This document shows, in pieces, positions 1 to 12,420 of a DNA stretch of 64,000 nt; position 1 is the stretch's first letter; each line of letters starts with the position of its first letter. Location of the stretch: assembly GCF_036321535.1 (NCBI RefSeq), contig NC_087457.1, forward strand, positions 19,840,001 to 19,904,000. The letters run 5' to 3'. This stretch comes from Camelus dromedarius. Its lineage: Eukaryota. Both the position numbers and the translations under genes were made by a program. The notes under the pieces are model-generated. The model searched no databases. It worked only from the letters and a program-made list of their open reading frames with translations, and had not been told where the DNA came from.

Positions 1-3000
1 GTGATAGAAAAATAGGTAATTTTCTTAATCTACAGAGCCTTCTTTAAAGTCAGTATGAAAAATACCAACCCCCTTGCCCAAAAACAATGAAACCATATGC
101 ACACACAGTAAATGGCTTAGTAACAAGGGCACAAAAAAATGTCCAGTGAAAAATATCCTCCCATCCCAGTCCCCCAGCACCGAATAACCTACATCAGTGA
201 CAGCCATGCTCTGAGCTTCTTATATAATTGTCTTGAGATATTTTACATAAATATAAGCGTATTTGTGCATATGAGTTTGTGTATGGGTGGACTTCTTTCA
301 ATTACACAACACAGTATGTTATACAAACTACTATACACGTAGCTTTTGTTTCTTTCAATATATCGCGGCGAACATTCCACGTTTGTTCATAGAGAGCTGC
401 CGAACATTACAAGCTGCACAGCTTTCTATGCTAAGAGCACCAGATCAACAGATACATATGTTGTCTGCTACATTCCACTACTACAAATTATGGTACAAAT
501 AATATTCTTTAAGTGCCTCTGTGCAAATCCATCATATCTAGTATGTATTATTTTACACATTGGTATCTTTTGAGTTTTGTACTATTTATATTTTTACCAT
601 TCAATAGATGAATAGGTATATTTTGATTACACGATGAATGTGTTTTAAAATAAAATTGAAATTAAGAAGAAATCAGTGAAAAGGAAAGAAAGAAGCCCAA
701 AGGGATTATTAGAAGAGAGGAAAGTAGAACAATACAACTATCTCCAAAAGGAAATATTTTTTCTTTCTAGGTTTTCCACTTAGCTAAAATCATCAACAGT
801 TTACATTGGCTAATTTGACTGGGTATTAGGCTATCAATTTATAATTAATGAAACTTTGCATAGGCAATAAATGTCCAGAGGTGATCAGGTTCCAGCCGCC
901 CATACAGGAATTCTCTGGATCGCTTCCCTATTTTAGAGGTGCAATTTTTTATTTGGCTAAATGTTATTAAGCATATCACCCCCATTCCTCGTGAAGCAGA
1001 CCTGCTGAGTTGTGTGATAATGGCTCCTGATGGAAACTTAAGTCTTCAGGGCAGGTATCAGGAATGAGAGAGCAGGAACTCTAGCCTAAAGATAAAGAGC
1101 GTTGATGATTTTAAGACAACGGAGATGTGAAGTACTCTCAGGAAATACTGTGATCAGGTAACACCTTTACCTGAAATGGGCTAGTAACTTACAGCCATTA
1201 ATGTGAGGAGTGTGTTCTGTGGTTTGAGATCTTGACTTGGATCACTTTAGGAAGCAGGAGAAGGACCAGAGTTAGACTCTTTTTTGAGCAAGGTTACCTT
1301 TTTACCTGACACCAGAGACAACTGTCCTAATAGTATTGAAATTTTTATTTTGGTGTACATAATTAAACTTAATTTTTCAAAAATTATGACTCCCTTTGCC
1401 TCTTAACTCTCAGTGTATTTATTCCCAGATCCTGTGGTCAGATTTAAGTTGCTAAGTCATCCTTTAATTACCATTGCTTCATTAAGCCCATCAAAATTTA
1501 GAGCTCCTACTATGCGGTAGGCACCATGCCTGCAGAATAAAACATATCCCCTCATCTCTGGTCTCAAAAAATGTATATAAAATAAGAAATAAATAGGCTA
1601 CAGTCTTCCTTTTCCCATAGGAAAGAAGTCTCTTTCAGATAAGGTCTTAGCAAAAAGACTCTTAATTTTAAAAATGTAGTTCTTTCTGCAAACTTCAAAG
1701 ATTCATTATTTCCAGCAAATACTTGCCCACCGTGGGCCAAAAATATTCTTTTGAATTGAGGCAATTAATCTGTTTTCTTCTTTAGTCTTAGTGTGGTGCA
1801 GAATACCAAACAGAGGGGAAGGAAGCAGACAGACACCTGCTACTGTATGTCCTCGGTACTACAAAAGGTCACCACTGAATGCGCTTTTGTAAAGGAGCAT
1901 GATTGTTTGTGTAAGGAGCTTGCTGCAGTATCAAAAATGTTCTGATTTACCTCTTGCACAGTTAAGGTAAAGGGATGACTAGGCTTGGCCATGTTCTGAT
2001 TCCTCATTAGGATATAGAATCTCCCCTCTCTGGCATCTCGGTGTCTGCACTTAGAAAATGGATAATTGCATCACATTCGGGAGTTCCATTACTATCCTTA
2101 AAAATGAATGCCATTCGAAATGAATATGGGATAAATCAAGGGTACCAGGGGAACTGGAAACATTTCAGGAGATGATGAGATCTGAAAGGACCTCAGGTTG
2201 CTTCATTTTTACCAGATGCTCTCCAAACACTTCTCTCTGGCTCTAATGTTCTATGAACCTGTTTTTATTAGTATCTTTGAAGTAATTTTCTCTTTCATTT
2301 CTCTAAATGTATCCCCTGAGCCAGTTCAAAACAGCAGAGTTACAAGATTATTCTTCTTAAAATATGAGCATCATCCTTGAAATATTCAGGATTTCAATTT
2401 TAAAATACTTGGCAAATTATATTTTCCCCATGACTGCTCTCAAAAATTGGATACTTTTTCTCATAAGCATTCTTAGGGACAGTGGCTATGAGATCTAAAA
2501 TATTCCTAAGACTTCAATCACTTACATTGAAATAATAATGTTGGAAATCTTATTTTTTATTCACAAGCTCTCCACTGTCTCAGCTGGCATCAGCGAATCT
2601 TAATTATGCTTTTAGTGTCTCATAATTTTGAACAGCACCTATTAAGGAGGAGTTATTAAGGAGTATTGTGACATATTTCAGAAGCGGCAAACTAATCATC
2701 TTTGAACAACAGTAGATACTTTTCAGGCAGAAATGACCAGAGATAATGCCAGGAGGTATGGACATCAGCTCTAATGATATCTTTAAATATTTCTGAAAAA
2801 GAATTCAATGATATGTCTGTGTTACAATAAAATACTAGGTACTAGATTGTAGAAGGGTTTGTCTCAAGATGATCATTCATGTTATTACTTTCTTTATTGT
2901 AAATCAGTGAGATCTGATTGATCTAAATCTTTTGGCTGTATAAACCTTGAATTATTTGGGTCTCTGCCACCAGAAAGTGAACGTCAAAAGTGGTCTACTT

Positions 3001-3570
3001 AAAAAAAAAATTATTTGTCAGAATTGTATTCTGAATTAACAGAGATCATTTAAAACCTAGCGCTGACGATAGACTGAATAAAAAGATGCTGAATTCAAAG
3101 TTTTTTCATTCAAATTCAAATACAAAAATTTTAAAGGCTTATTTTGGCATCTAAATTATTTTATATACGTATCCATGGAAAAGCTGTTGACAGTAGTCTG
3201 TTTTACACAGTCGGCAAGTGGTAAGAAGTTTTGGTGAGATAACAGCAGAATAAATACCCAGAACATATTGATCTAAAGATAATGAAATATGGAAGTGAAG
3301 GTAACTTTTGTAAAGTGAGTGGACACTGTCACTAGGATACCAGGAAACTGTTATTCTCTGCTGGGGTCCAGCTGACATTTTTGGTTGTGCGAGCATGTTA
3401 AGGAAGCCCTATGGATGTGACTTCATTAAATACTCAATAAACAATATTTTTTCCCATTCCCTTTCCCTCTTCTCTCCTATAAAAAACATGTAAGTGCTCT
3501 CTGAAGGCTTTTCTTTTTGTTTCTGTGTGTACCTTCATGCCATGCTGGGTTCTGTCTTGGTGACTTAATA

Positions 3571-3916
3571 CAGGCAGACTTCAGTTTACTGTGCTTCACT
3601 TTACGGTGCCTCCCAGATACTGTACTGCAGTTTCTTACAAATTGAAGATCTGTGGTGACCCTGCATCAAGCAAGTCTATTGGCACAGTTTTTCCAACAGC
3701 CTTTGCTCACTTCATGTCTCTGTATCATATTCTGTTAACTCTCCCAGGATTTCAAAGCCTCCACCAGCAAAAACATTAAGACTTGCTGAATGTTTTAGAT
3801 GATATAGTATAGTATAAACACAACTTTTAAATGCACTGGGAAACCAAAAAATTGGTGCGACTCGCTTCATTGCGATGGTCTGGAATAGAACCCGTGATAT
3901 CTCTGAGGTGTGCCTG
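3571..3916 (+). mobile_element. Tigger1-derived non-autonomous TcMar MITE (Tigger1a_Art-like)
   Basis: TA target sites at 3569-3570 and 3917-3918; termini caggcagacttc...gaggtgtgcctg; body matches remembered Tigger1 5' and 3' ends with the middle deleted. Confidence 0.8.
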
Positions 3917-4013
3917 TATAAAGTTATTTCTATTCTCTGTTAAAAGACAAAGTAACAGATAATTTTCCACTTTCTATTAAGGATGGCATGTAACACAGGT
4001 TTTTCTCTTATAG

Positions 4014-4187
4014 GCTGTGGGACTGGAAAGTATCTAAAAGTGAACAGCCAGGTGCATACCCTGGGCTGTGACTACTGTGGGCCACTGGTAGAGATTGCCC
4101 GGAGTAGAGGATGTGAAGTCATGGTATGTGACAACCTTAATCTCCCCTTTAGGGATCGGGGCTTCGATGCCGTCATCTCCATAGGAG
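4014..4187 (+). CDS. TRMT9B: TRMT9B internal coding exon (SAM-dependent methyltransferase motif I and following strands)
   Basis: Acceptor ttttctcttatag (AG 4012-4013) and donor GAG|gtaagg (GT 4188-4189); 174 nt, phase 1/1. Encodes (G)CGTGKYLKVNSQVHTLGCDYCGPLVEIARSRGCEVMVCDNLNLPFRDRGFDAVISIG, recognised as the Trm9-like TRMT9B methyltransferase domain. Confidence 0.96.
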
Positions 4188-6026
4188 GTAAGGCAGCCCG
4201 GTCACACAGTGAGAATAATGTTTCTTGGTTGAGGCCGCTTTCATGACTTAACATCTATTCTTTGCAGAAAGATCTAGGTGATTCATTTTATCTAGTTTTT
4301 AAAAAATATTTCAGTTATTATTTAACTGAATTATTTGACTAATTTCAAACATACTTAGGGTGGTACCCATGATTGTTTGAACTAGTTCAACCCTCAAACT
4401 GTTTTTTTTTTTTGATGACTCATTCTAACTTCTTTTACTGATGAGCAAGAAAATATTAAGAGGAACTGTACTCACTGAAAACAGTACTTTATTCTACTGA
4501 AATGAAGCAATGTAAAGTAGATCTTTAGAAGGCATTACCTTTTTTAGGCCACCAGCGTGCCCTCTCTTAGCAGAATGTTGTGGGACTAATGCACTGAATA
4601 CCACCAGCAAGGATGTGTCACCAATCTGCCACTTACTGTACGAAGGTCACTGGGGAAGACAGCCTCACAGGGTCCCAGACTGCAGTGTTTGTACAGGACC
4701 ACTGTGCTCTCTTGCTGCCAGAGACTGTTCAGAAATCTAGGGAATATGTTCCTCATATTCTTCCAACAAGTGTGCCCATCAAATACACATGCCAAGAGTC
4801 AAAAGAAACAGTAAAAATCTGTGCATGAAACATACACAGATAAGGCTCATTTTACTCAGTACATGTATTTCTGAAACCTAGTATGTTTATGTTGGGGGAA
4901 CTTGCTACGTAAGGGAATCTTATGGCAAATTCTTTCCCAAAGCAAAAAAAATCTTTTGCAAAGGAAATTATTTCCTCCAACACACTTTTAAAAAATTACT
5001 GTATTTGAATACAATATCAAAGCAAGGTGAACCTATATGAAACTGACTGCTAGATAAAAATACTGAATAAGACTGTTTGCTCTCTAGTGAAACAGATGAG
5101 AAACTGATGTATTCAGCATTAAATGTGGACTGTATCTTTGCATAGTGAGGGGCTGCAGGTCTGGATGCCATAACCTTAGAACTGGTTAGGACTGGCAGGA
5201 GATGGTTGCCTTGGAAACCTGCTCTACGACAGCCCTACTTCTTTGCATTTGAAACTGTTATGTCCGTTTTAGTCGTAAGCATTAAGAGGAGAGATTCTTG
5301 TTGAACCAAACAACACTAGACAGTGCTCTGAACCTTTAATAGGAAGAAAGTCTTTGGATTGGTCACGACACCCAAAGAACGAGAAATCGGAGGGAGGTCA
5401 GAGAAGTGTATTTTTTGCTCTCTTCTGTTTATATCAGTTGTGGGATCTACACTACTACCTACAAACTGCTATGCTGTTGAAACACTGTTGAGGGCATGGG
5501 AGGACCCAACCAACTTTCCTACTTTCGGGAAATGCTCCACATGTACATGGTGAAGTCTTTTTTTTCTTTAGTTCAAGTCTCATATCTGCAGAGGAAATGG
5601 AGCACACCTGGTCGCCATCTTCCAATTAAAACTGCTTCCTTGGGTGGAAACCCAGCATGTGTTTTTATGAACTGTAACTATCAGTAATGTGGGGTGCTGA
5701 CTGTCCAGTTAGATTTACATTTAGGACTATGTTATGAGGAATTTCTCCTAAGCCCATCTATGTTTACTTCTCTATTTACAATCTGTGTTGGCATTTCTTG
5801 CTTATCTCAACATGAAGAAATATATTTTTAAATATATAAACACATATTTTTCCATGTCTCTTAATAATAACATGAGAGGGTAAGCCTCCTACCTAATTAT
5901 ATATTCCTTATGTTTTACCCTCAGATTACAAAAAGAAACACTTTCTACTTACTTTTGGGATAGTATGACAAAGATTTTCTAAAAATTTGGCAATATACTG
6001 AAATAGTGTCAATCAACTATTCATGA

Positions 6027-6207
6027 CAGTGGTTGTCAACTTCAGGTTATGTTGCCCCTCCCCCCAGGGGACATTTGTCAACGTTTGGAGACAGTTTTGG
6101 TTGTCACAGCTGGGAGTGTGTATGTGCTACTGTCTAGCTGGTGCCTGCTACCTATGATAAAGAATTCTCCAGCCCAAAATGCCAACAGTGCTGAGGTTGA
6201 AAAACTG
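6027..6207 (+). mobile_element. MER20-like hAT-Charlie element
   Basis: cagtggttgtcaac...cccccaggggacatttg...ttttggttgtcacagctggg...cccaaaatgccaacagtgctgaggttgaaaaactg matches the remembered MER20 consensus. Confidence 0.75.
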
Positions 6208-6930
6208 TTTTCTGCTAAACCCATGGATTCTGAATGCTACAGTTAGATGAAAAAAACACACAAAAACTTAAATAACAATACATAATAAAATATCAAGATA
6301 TAACAGGACTTTAAAGATGATCTTGTGTAACTTTTCATTTGATTCTGGAATCCAGTCATTGAATTCCACCCACCCATTTGTTCAATTCAGCAACCTCTCC
6401 TACAGGACACGTATATTGAGACTACTTTTGTCTTTATATTGTGATTATGATTTTTAAACAAAAGGGGATTTTATCCTTTAAAAATTCAGCATTGTTTCCT
6501 GACATTGAATTTTTATAAAAATATCTTTAGGTCCCATTTTGGGTTACATTCACAATGTTTATTATCAGGACATTATACATGCGTGTGCATGTATAATACA
6601 CTTTATATGTAATGAAAACTTCATTTGTATCCTTTTTCTTTTTAAAAAACATTTGACTTAAAGATGTCTCAGTATTATAGGTTAAATATAAATATAAAAC
6701 ATAGTATAAAAGATTCAGATATTTCCTGAATGGAATTATACTATTAAAATGGATGATCACATAACAAATGTTTAAGAAATGAAAAAATACAGACATTCTT
6801 CCTTGAAAACAAAATTTCTTTTGAAGCCCAGAATCCTGAAATGTCAAAGACTTATGAAGATGCTGAAATGAGATTATTATATTAAAATAATGGGTTTTTT
6901 TCCTTTAATGGCCAAAAAAAAAAAAGAATA

Positions 6931-7553
6931 CAGTCAATTCTTATTATTCACAGTAGTTATGATCTGTAACATCCCTGTGAACACCGAGTTAACAAATATT
7001 ANNNNNNNNNNNNNNNNNNNNNNNNNNNNNNNNNNNNNNNNNNNNNNNNNNNNNNNNNNNNNNNNNNNNNNNNNNNNNNNNNNNNNNNNNNNNNNNNNNN
7101 NNNNNNNNNNNNNNNNNNNNNNNNNNNNNNNNNNNNNNNNAGCAGCATCGTTAACACCTGACCTAATGCACGGATTTTCTAGATAAGCCACATCACAGCC
7201 TTATACTTAAGAACCCTAGACAGCACTTCAACCGTATACTCAAAGGCCATTTTAAACACCAAAATCACCAACAAAAAGCACAAAAATGCAAAACACACAG
7301 CACGAAACAGATCATAGACTGAAGAGGCCACCAGATGACAGTACCGGAGCTGAAACAAGATGATGGAGGCCTCCTTGTTCTTTCTACCCCAGCCGGGAAT
7401 GGGTGCCTCGGGAGGCTCAACTTTCTGGCTGCTTGTTCACGTCAACGATCAATCACGAAAACACCGAGAGTACTGAGTTCTGAAGTTACAAATAAATTTT
7501 AGCGAGGAGGTATATTTGCAAATACAAAATCCACAGATGACAACGGTCAACTG
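6931..7553 (-). mobile_element. MER82-like TcMar-Tigger element, apparently full length (contains N gap)
   Basis: TA at 6929-6930 and 7554-7555; termini cagtcaattc.../...ggtcaactg; internal aaaatcaccaacaaaaagcacaaaaatgc and gttacaaataaattttagcgag match remembered MER82. Confidence 0.75.
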
Positions 7554-8792
7554 TAGTTAGAAAATACATCCTTTGAGGCTCCACAGTGAATTAGGTGTAA
7601 GTTATGGGAGATACTAACAGCCCAGAGCAGTCACAGATGTGACACTTAGTACTGTCCCAAGTCTTACTCATCCTGACTTCTCTGCCCCGTTGTAGCTCAC
7701 TGACCAACACACTACTTCTGAAAGTGTAAGCTTCCAAACTGACCACTGCAAAGGGCCCCTTCTCTGGGGAAGGGGGTTGGGGGAACAGTCTGACACCTAG
7801 TGAAGTGATTGGTCAAAGACCAGGAGGCTAGTCACCGGTAGATCAAAGACAAAATCCACTGATGTCCTGTTCTTCAAACACAGTCTAACCTCGTACCTGC
7901 AGCTTCTGACCCTGCTGCACCGTAGAGCAAGAGAAACCCGGGTCTGTGCCTGCTGATAGGACCCAAACCCAGACTGGGAACAGCACGAAGTGTGCCTCTG
8001 GTATACTGTTTCTTTGACAGCTTTCGGCTTTCTCTATGTCATCATCTCATGTTAGACATTTACTCTGTCTCTGTGCCAGGTAAACTGAAGAGACTCATTT
8101 GCCTAAAACCACTACTAACCAAACGCTGGATTGCAGTGAGGGTTACAGGAGCCGTTCCACCCTCTGTTCCCCCACTACTCACAGCCAAGTGGTAGTGTCC
8201 AGACTTTCTGCAGGACTAGCACCTTCTACATATGGTTTGATAAAAATATGCCAAATAACACACCTAAGACTAGATCCAGGCCATCCCACTCGACTCACTT
8301 TAACTTTGCAAAGATTGGAAGTAAGATGATGACCTATAAATTGCTTTTACTTAAATATATGCAACAATTTTATATTATATTAGAATTAATAAAAATTATA
8401 AGCAGTCATTCGAGCTGGAGCTTGGCTGGCTTATCTTTGCATTATCTAAACAGAAAAACTATCTTTAACATTTTTCCCTACTTCCATTTGCTTCATTAAC
8501 TTTATAAAGCCTGATTAGTGGTGTTGATCTTTTGGGGCTTTAGAAGTGCAAATCATTCATTAAAGCATTGAACTATTTCATAGAATTCTACTAGGGAACA
8601 TTTACCTAACTTAGGGCTCTCTTTCAAGTGTTATTAATTCACACTGGTCATTTGTCTGGTTAACAAAATTCATAAAATCTTAGACCTGGAAGACCTTACA
8701 GCTTATTTATTCCAGGTGTCTTATTACAGACGAAGAAACTCAAAATCCATAGAAGTTAAATAATTGCCCCAGATTTGTTGTCTAAATAAGTA

Positions 8793-9249
8793 CAGGCAGA
8801 CCTCACTTTATTGCCCTTTGCAGATACTGCATTTTCTGCAAACGGAAGGTTTACGGCAACCTTGCATAGAGCAAGTCTATCTGAGCCATTTGCCAACAGC
8901 ACTTGCTCACCTCATGTCTCTGTGTCACATTCTGGTTAATTCTTGCAATATTTTAAACTTTTTAATTATCATNNNNNNNNNNNNNNNNNNNNNNNNNNNN
9001 NNNNNNNNNNNNNNNNNNNNNNNNNNNNNNNNNNNNNNNNNNNNNNNNNNNNNNNNNNNNNNNNNNNNNNNNNNNNNNNNNNNNNNNNNNNNNNNNNNNN
9101 NNNNNNNNNNNNNNNNNNNNNNNNNNNNCAGAAATAGTATAAACATATGCACTAGGAAACCGAAGAATCCATGTGACTCACTTTGTCGAGATACTTGCTA
9201 TACTGCGGTGGTCTAGAACGGAACCCACAGTGTCTCCGAGGTCTGCCTG
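8793..9249 (+). mobile_element. Tigger1-derived non-autonomous TcMar MITE (second copy, contains N gap)
   Basis: TA at 8791-8792 and 9250-9251; perfect 12-bp TIR caggcagacctc/gaggtctgcctg; clearly homologous to 3571-3916. Confidence 0.82.
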
Positions 9250-9441
9250 TATAGGAGCTGAAGCTAAAAATTATGTTTCTCTTAAAACCAGGCCTATTTT
9301 CACTATCTGCCTGGCTGCAGGAAATAAGGAGGTTTTACTACATGTCAGAATTGCATCATTGTTCCATGGAACATACTAGTCTGTAAATGTGTAGGTTTAC
9401 GTGTGTGCATACACAGTGAGGTCTAGTTTCTTCTTTTCCAG

Positions 9442-10457
9442 TCATACATCATTTTTCTACAAAAGAAAGAAGAATCAGAGCAATCAAAGAAATGGCCAGG
9501 GTCTTAGTTCCCGGAGGCCAGCTGATGATTTATGTTTGGGCCATGGAACAAAAGAACCGGCACTTTGAAAAACAAGATGTGCTTGTTCCCTGGGACAGAG
9601 CCTTGTGCTCCCAGCTCCTCTCCGAACCCAGCCAGCCCGGGAGAAAGCAGCCGTGTGGGCCCCCGGAGGGGAGCCCTCCCGCCCACCCTCCCTGCTCTGT
9701 GGGTCGCTGTTCTATGTGTTTAAAGGGGCCCTGGGACTCAAAGCGGTCCCACAGCGTGGACTGCGAGCCCGTTCTGGCCGGCACCTGTTGTGCTAGTATT
9801 TCTAAGGCAGGCGAGGAAGAAAATGGGTTCTGTAACACTTGGGGAAAATCTTTCCGCTCCTGGTTTTCCTCTAGATCTTTGGATGAATCAACTCTGAGGA
9901 AGCAAATTGAAAGCGTGAGATCATTGAAAAACACAGAAGGGTGGGCCGGTAACACGATCTCCACCCAGCCTTCCGGCCACTCCAGCTTAGACTTGGATCA
10001 TCCGGAGCCATTTCCAACAGGAGAGCAACATTTAGATGAGGAAGTGTTTGTGGGCACTGCTCAAAAACGTCTGGAGTGGCTGAGAGCACCAGCCCCAAGG
10101 AAGCATCTGAACGGAGACCACAGAGGAGGTGGGAAGTTTCCGGACAGCGCCAGCACTGATGAGAACAGTGTGGATGCAGATGACTTAGAAGAAGGTAACC
10201 CTTTCGCTAGTAAACTATGGAGGAGGATTTCTGCAGTCAGTGCCACAGATTCCCACCCAGGTGACGATGCAGTTTCTGGCAAAGACCAAGGGCCCCGTGG
10301 TTTGGATGCCAAAGCCTTTATGCGCTATTACCATGTGTTTCGAGAAGGCGAGCTCTGCGGCCTGCTGGAGGAGAGTGTGTCAGAGCTCAACGTTCTGAGC
10401 TCCGGGAACGATCACGGCAACTGGTGTGTCATCGCAGAGAAAAAAGCAAAGTGGTGA
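9442..10457 (+). CDS. TRMT9B: TRMT9B terminal coding exon
   Basis: Acceptor ttcttcttttccag (AG 9440-9441). Phase 1 joins the previous exon to give [37 protein letters not shown]...[47 protein letters not shown] at 10455-10457. Extends ORF-track entry 9492..10457. Confidence 0.96.
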
Positions 10458-12420
10458 TTGAGCCGGGTCACTTCAGACAGCTCCTCCAAAAGATGAACCA
10501 CGTTCTCGCTGGGTCTGTGATACGGTTACCTGAGTTGGCATCCAGTTTCATTATTTTTTTAATCTGTTTATATTTTGGTCTGTAGAGACTATGATGTTAC
10601 CGTCTTGTTAGTCTTTAGGGAAGCACAGAGCTTGGCATCTAAAGCATTTGACAAAGGATATTTGTGGTTAAATGTTGATATCGGAGAACACGGTGTGAAT
10701 TACTGTAGGAATGCATGTATACTGTTTTTCAGTATTATACAGTGATTTCAAAAGATTCTGCTTTTAAGGACACCTTTTAAAAAACATCATTTTTATACAG
10801 TAAGGGGGTGACTCCTGCTTCTCTGGTTATTAGATCTGTGTGCAAGATAACAGGTAAATGTGTACCACTGTACAGATGTAAACTGAACCATGTGATAAAT
10901 TATTTCACTGTCAAGGCCTCGCTTCTACTTAAAGTCCTCAGAAAGGTGAGAGACGGTGGAGAGAGACAAGAAGTGTTATGAGAACTTTTCTAAATGATAA
11001 GCAAACTTGCTTCAAGATAAGTACATAACAATGTTACGGATATGGCTCAGGGTTTGAAACGCACTGTCAGCACATAGACAGTGGAGTATGTCGCTACCAG
11101 AAGTTACTGCAAGTTACCCAGGTGGCGTTTTCCCAACCTTATTAGAAGCAGGAATGTCCAGTTATGACAAGACCAAGACTGACTAATGAGTTTTCATCTG
11201 GAAGGATGCTTTTCCTATGAACTGAAGGGATATTTAGGACATGAGGTTCTGGCTGAAGCACTGTTTTATTTTGGCTCTCAAAACAGATGGACTGGTAAGG
11301 TGCAAGACACTTGGCCTGGGTGGAGAATCAGTTGTTGGAGTTTAAAAAATAGTATCTGGGCATTGATCTTTTTGAAAGTGACTGCATTTTAATAGTTACG
11401 TTAGGGATTTAGGCAGAATCAAGTCCTATTAATTAAAGGTTCAATTTCTGCCACTTTACCGACCAAAAGATAGATTGGCGTTGTCTGGTCACCATATCTG
11501 TTTATGTTTCATCGTGGGTTTGTTTAAATCCATGTCAGGGACCTTGAGACACAGACATAATTAGAAGAAGCAGAAACAAGATGACCCAGGAACACAGTTT
11601 CAGACAGAATCAACATTTGACAAAAGCCTTTTTACGGTATGGACCACCGTAATCCTGGAGGAAACCCAATTCTTGTTTTGTTTTCCACTAAAATTACTAA
11701 AATAGCAAAAGATTTCATTTGTTTGGGCTCCTTTTTCCTTCCAGTTAATTATGCTCTAAAATAATGATGCTACTTTCACAGACACTTAAAGAATTATTTT
11801 TAATGTGTATCTGAAAAGTAATGATGTTTATTACTCTCTTGGCTTCAAAGTAAGATTGCATCATCCCCTTTTTGGTTGATGATGATGTATGGTGGGAATG
11901 AAATATATGTTTTGTATTGTTCTGCACACAGTTTTCATTAATGAAAACAAAGTGACATAAAAGTGGAATATAAATTAAAATTTAATGTCTCCAATTTCCT
12001 AAATGAGAGCATTAAACCATGAATATAAGTGGGTTTTTGGTGGAAAGAAAAGATTCTCAGAGTTAGAGATGTTCTTACAAATAAGGCTTGATGACCTTTT
12101 TATGATTTGTGGGTTTTTCCTCCCCTTGAAGCCTGCTGTCACAAGTATCTTTAATCCCAGTCTTGCTGCTAGAAATCTGTTTGAAGTCATCTCTCTCTGG
12201 TGGGAGTCTACCACTTACATGAAACTCATTTTATGAGACTGCACCAGAAAAGCTTTGAGCAAACCTTTGTGAGTAACCTCCTACACATATGCGCGCACAT
12301 GCACGCACACACACACACACACCACTTTGTATAAAATGACTCTCAAGAATGGTTCTTGAGAGAGGAATGTTTTCACACAATTTTGACAGAGCTGAAAATA
12401 AAAAAACAGTAATAATAGCA
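10458..12420 (+). other. TRMT9B: TRMT9B 3' UTR (true end not determinable; may extend much further)
   Basis: Follows the stop codon. Candidate poly(A) hexamers: ATTAAA 11432-11437 and 11974-11979, AATAAA 12397-12402, and a distal AATAAA at 18172-18177. Confidence 0.5.

Noticed and set aside
1095-1175. C/D-box-like motifs (TGATGA ... CTGA) suggesting an intronic snoRNA
   Set aside because: No terminal stem and no recognisable rRNA/snRNA guide; such motifs are frequent by chance.
4548-4910. Possible cryptic exon in TRMT9B intron (acceptors at 4547 and 4570/4573; 71-aa ORF 4613-4828)
   Set aside because: In the TRMT9B frame it hits stops (after 7 or ~56 codons) and matches nothing I recognise; no support beyond splice-like motifs.
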